Below are positions 61,908 to 64,000 of a stretch of DNA of 64,000 nt, piece after piece. Source of the stretch: a virus. Position 1 is the first letter of the stretch. Each line of letters starts with the position of its first letter. The notes beneath the pieces are model-generated. The model saw only the letters and a list, made by a program, of their open reading frames with translations, was not told where the DNA came from and made no database searches. Location of the stretch: the IMG/VR virus record IMGVR_UViG_3300042516_003202, one strand, 5' to 3'. The translations under genes were made by a program, and so were the position numbers.

Positions 61908-62587
61908 AATGCATCATCAACCCAGAAGAACCCAAGACAAGTTTTCATAAAGAACCTCACCAAACGATTAGGTTTCTCATTCATATAATACCTCAAATAT
62001 CGTTGATTTCCAATCGTATAATAACCTTTATGATTATTTCCCTGTTTGATTACAAAAGAAGTTTCAGGATAAGAACTAACATAAGCACTCAATCCAGTTC
62101 CATAAGTAAGTTTTATGTGAGGTGGAAAATGTCCATGCTCCTTCGCATACTCAAAGTTATCACTAATTCTATCAAACTTATATTCGTAGTTTCTCTCCGC
62201 AGTTAGTTTAGAGGCATAAAAGTTTCTCTTCGTTTTCTCAATCAGATTATCAATATTCTCACCAAACTCTTGTTGTATTTCATCCAGGGTTTTGGGTTTC
62301 TCTGGGATAATAAGGAGATGTTTTACTTTATCAAAGTTTTCATTAGTTTCAGATACTTTCATACCCATAGCATCAAATAATGCTGCTATGTATTTCACAG
62401 AAGTTAGTTTAGTAGTATCTACATCATAAAATTTAGTTCCGATGTATAAAGTTCCTTGTGGTTGAATATAAGTGTTGTTTTGAACTCTTGCCGAGTAAGT
62501 ATCCAATACTGGTTGTCCTATGTTGTTTTCCCAGACATCAACATCCCAAGGAGATGAGATATTCTTTTCAGGTTTCCATTCCTTCAT
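61904..62587 (-). CDS. hypothetical protein
   Basis: 227-aa ORF in operon. Confidence 0.65.
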   Translation of the reverse strand: MKEWKPEKNISSPWDVDVWENNIGQPVLDTYSARVQNNTYIQPQGTLYIGTKFYDVDTTKLTSVKYIAALFDAMGMKVSETNENFDKVKHLLIIPEKPKTLDEIQQEFGENIDNLIEKTKRNFYASKLTAERNYEYKFDRISDNFEYAKEHGHFPPHIKLTYGTGLSAYVSSYPETSFVIKQGNNHKGYYTIGNQRYLRYYMNEKPNRLVRFFMKTCLGFFWVDDAL

Positions 62588-62862
62588 CGGATTCCATCTC
62601 CAAAGAGTTTTTTCAGTTCATCGTATAATGACCGAAGTTCATTATACTGTCCCATATATGCGAAATGTTCTGTTTCTTTTTGTGTTTGTAGTAAAACAAA
62701 AAGTTGTCTTACTTGTTCGTGTGTGAGAGTAATTTTATAACTCTTCTGAATTTCAATCACCATCGTCCAATACTCCTCAAAACATCTAATAGTTTGGTGA
62801 ATGCCCAAGAGATTACAAGTGCTTGCCCCCAAGTAACTGGAAAGAACGATACAATTGCCCAT
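62584..62862 (-). CDS. hypothetical protein
   Basis: start uncertain (overlap with upstream gene). Confidence 0.5.
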   Translation of the reverse strand: MGNCIVLSSYLGASTCNLLGIHQTIRCFEEYWTMVIEIQKSYKITLTHEQVRQLFVLLQTQKETEHFAYMGQYNELRSLYDELKKLFGDGIR

Positions 62863-62939
62863 CCAAGTATTGCGACAACAACAAGAAGACCCATCAATTC
62901 ACCAATGATTTCTGGGATAGTTGGTTTAAACATTTTCAA
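62757..62939 (-). CDS. small membrane protein
   Basis: two hydrophobic segments. Confidence 0.62.
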   Translation of the reverse strand: MKMFKPTIPEIIGELMGLLVVVAILGWAIVSFFPVTWGQALVISWAFTKLLDVLRSIGRW

Positions 62940-63130
62940 TCCTCCACATAATGGTAGATAGGTTTGTTGTATTTCCTTGCCATTTTAACACAAACTCTTG
63001 CTGCCATAAGTTCATCAAATCTTTTGATAAGAAAATATTCTCCTGTTGGAGATAACTTCAAAACCTTATAATAAACTTTCATCTCATCAAAATCAAAGAG
63101 TTCTTGGATTTTATAATCGGGTTCAGTCAT
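62936..63130 (-). CDS. hypothetical protein
   Basis: 64-aa ORF. Confidence 0.6.
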   Translation of the reverse strand: MTEPDYKIQELFDFDEMKVYYKVLKLSPTGEYFLIKRFDELMAARVCVKMARKYNKPIYHYVED

Positions 63131-63299
63131 TTTCGGTTTCCATCAAATTTACATAAGGAGTAGTTTTCCATTCACTCCACATATTATCAGGGTCTGGGGG
63201 ACATAAAGAACCAGAGGCATCCGCAGTAAAAAGAACAAACCGATACTGAAAATCTGGACGGCACATCGGTCCATTATCAATAATTCTCATTTCAATCAT
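63123..63299 (-). CDS. hypothetical protein
   Basis: MIEMRIID..WSEWK. Confidence 0.55.
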   Translation of the reverse strand: MIEMRIIDNGPMCRPDFQYRFVLFTADASGSLCPPDPDNMWSEWKTTPYVNLMETEND

Positions 63300-63517
63300 T
63301 TCCGTGCCTCCCAATATTTACCTTCCATACCACACTCATAGTACTTTCTCGCATGATCACAATACTTACCATTAGATCTTCCAGTCACAACATTTCCAGT
63401 CAAAGCAGGATGAAGGCATAAGTCAAATGTGTCACCAAATCCAGTAATGCGAGCATTCCAATCTCTCTTATAGTGCTTACAATCCTTACAAAGTTTAATA
63501 GGTTCAGTCATCACCAC
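63296..63517 (-). CDS. small 4-Cys protein
   Basis: KLCKDCKHY..CLHP..C..AR..CG.EGKYWE. Confidence 0.65.
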   Translation of the reverse strand: MVMTEPIKLCKDCKHYKRDWNARITGFGDTFDLCLHPALTGNVVTGRSNGKYCDHARKYYECGMEGKYWEARK

Positions 63518-63834
63518 TCACACTCCACAATCACAGAAAACCCAAGTTTATCTTTGAGACATTCTACCATAAATTCCTGAAACTCATAAGAAGTCGGAGA
63601 ACACTCTTCAATCAAAATATGATAATGAATATCCCCATCCATATGGTAAGTTAGATAAACATCCTCAACATACAAATCACCATAATTTACTCCACTAAAC
63701 TTTTCTGTAGAATTCTTATGTTCTTGGAGAATTTCTTCTGCTGCTGTTTTTATTTTGATAAAGTTATGGTACGCATCTTCAATATCAAATCCAGAAGTCA
63801 GTTCAGTCATCTCAAATACCTGCGTCAGCATCAA
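63511..63834 (-). CDS. hypothetical protein
   Basis: 107-aa acidic ORF. Confidence 0.62.
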   Translation of the reverse strand: MMLTQVFEMTELTSGFDIEDAYHNFIKIKTAAEEILQEHKNSTEKFSGVNYGDLYVEDVYLTYHMDGDIHYHILIEECSPTSYEFQEFMVECLKDKLGFSVIVECEW

Positions 63835-64000
63835 TAGTGAAGTTTGGTTTGTCTGTGATGACTTCTACACTCATACTATCCATAATCGCAGCAATCAAAT
63901 CCCTTACATTTTCCCTTGACTTGGCAGTATAATATCCACTCCAGTTTGATACTGCTAGAGAATGAGTGAGTGTATCAGTAATAACTGCGAGTTCGTGTGC

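Overview
A 64 kb segment of a T4-like cyanophage (Kyanoviridae-type myovirus; host probably a GC-rich, possibly freshwater, Synechococcus/Cyanobium), transcribed almost entirely on the minus strand. Positions 1-23.4 kb hold the AT-rich late baseplate/virion module (DUF4815 protein, gp8, 4239-aa gp7, gp6, gp25) with TATAAATA late promoters. Positions 23.5-26.1 kb hold a conserved cluster (speD, a glycosyltransferase-like gene, a small basic protein, an AbrB-like protein). Positions 26.4-64 kb are the early/accessory region. Its most striking part is 26.4-31.7 kb, a block of about 70% GC (one 60-nt line counted) made of about 20 tiny ORFs, each preceded by a repeated stop-hairpin-promoter-leader cassette. 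A 24-bp quasi-palindrome (TGTGCCAGT-N6-ACTGGCACA) occurs 16 times, and at 14 sites it lies 29-31 bp from a -10 box. At 34.3-37.5 kb are tRNA-Leu(UAA), an AbrB-like/ArdA-like fusion, clustered ATCTCGT/GATC repeats, helically phased 10-bp repeats and an apparently inactivated GIY-YIG protein, together a candidate origin or regulatory hub. Further on are a Cys-rich collagen/Gly-rich fiber with three tandem 6-Cys proteins, RlpA, a 2OG-Fe(II) oxygenase, an RNA ligase, a putative R-M pair, CP12 and a ManC-type cupin. All family calls are from motif recognition; no database search was run.
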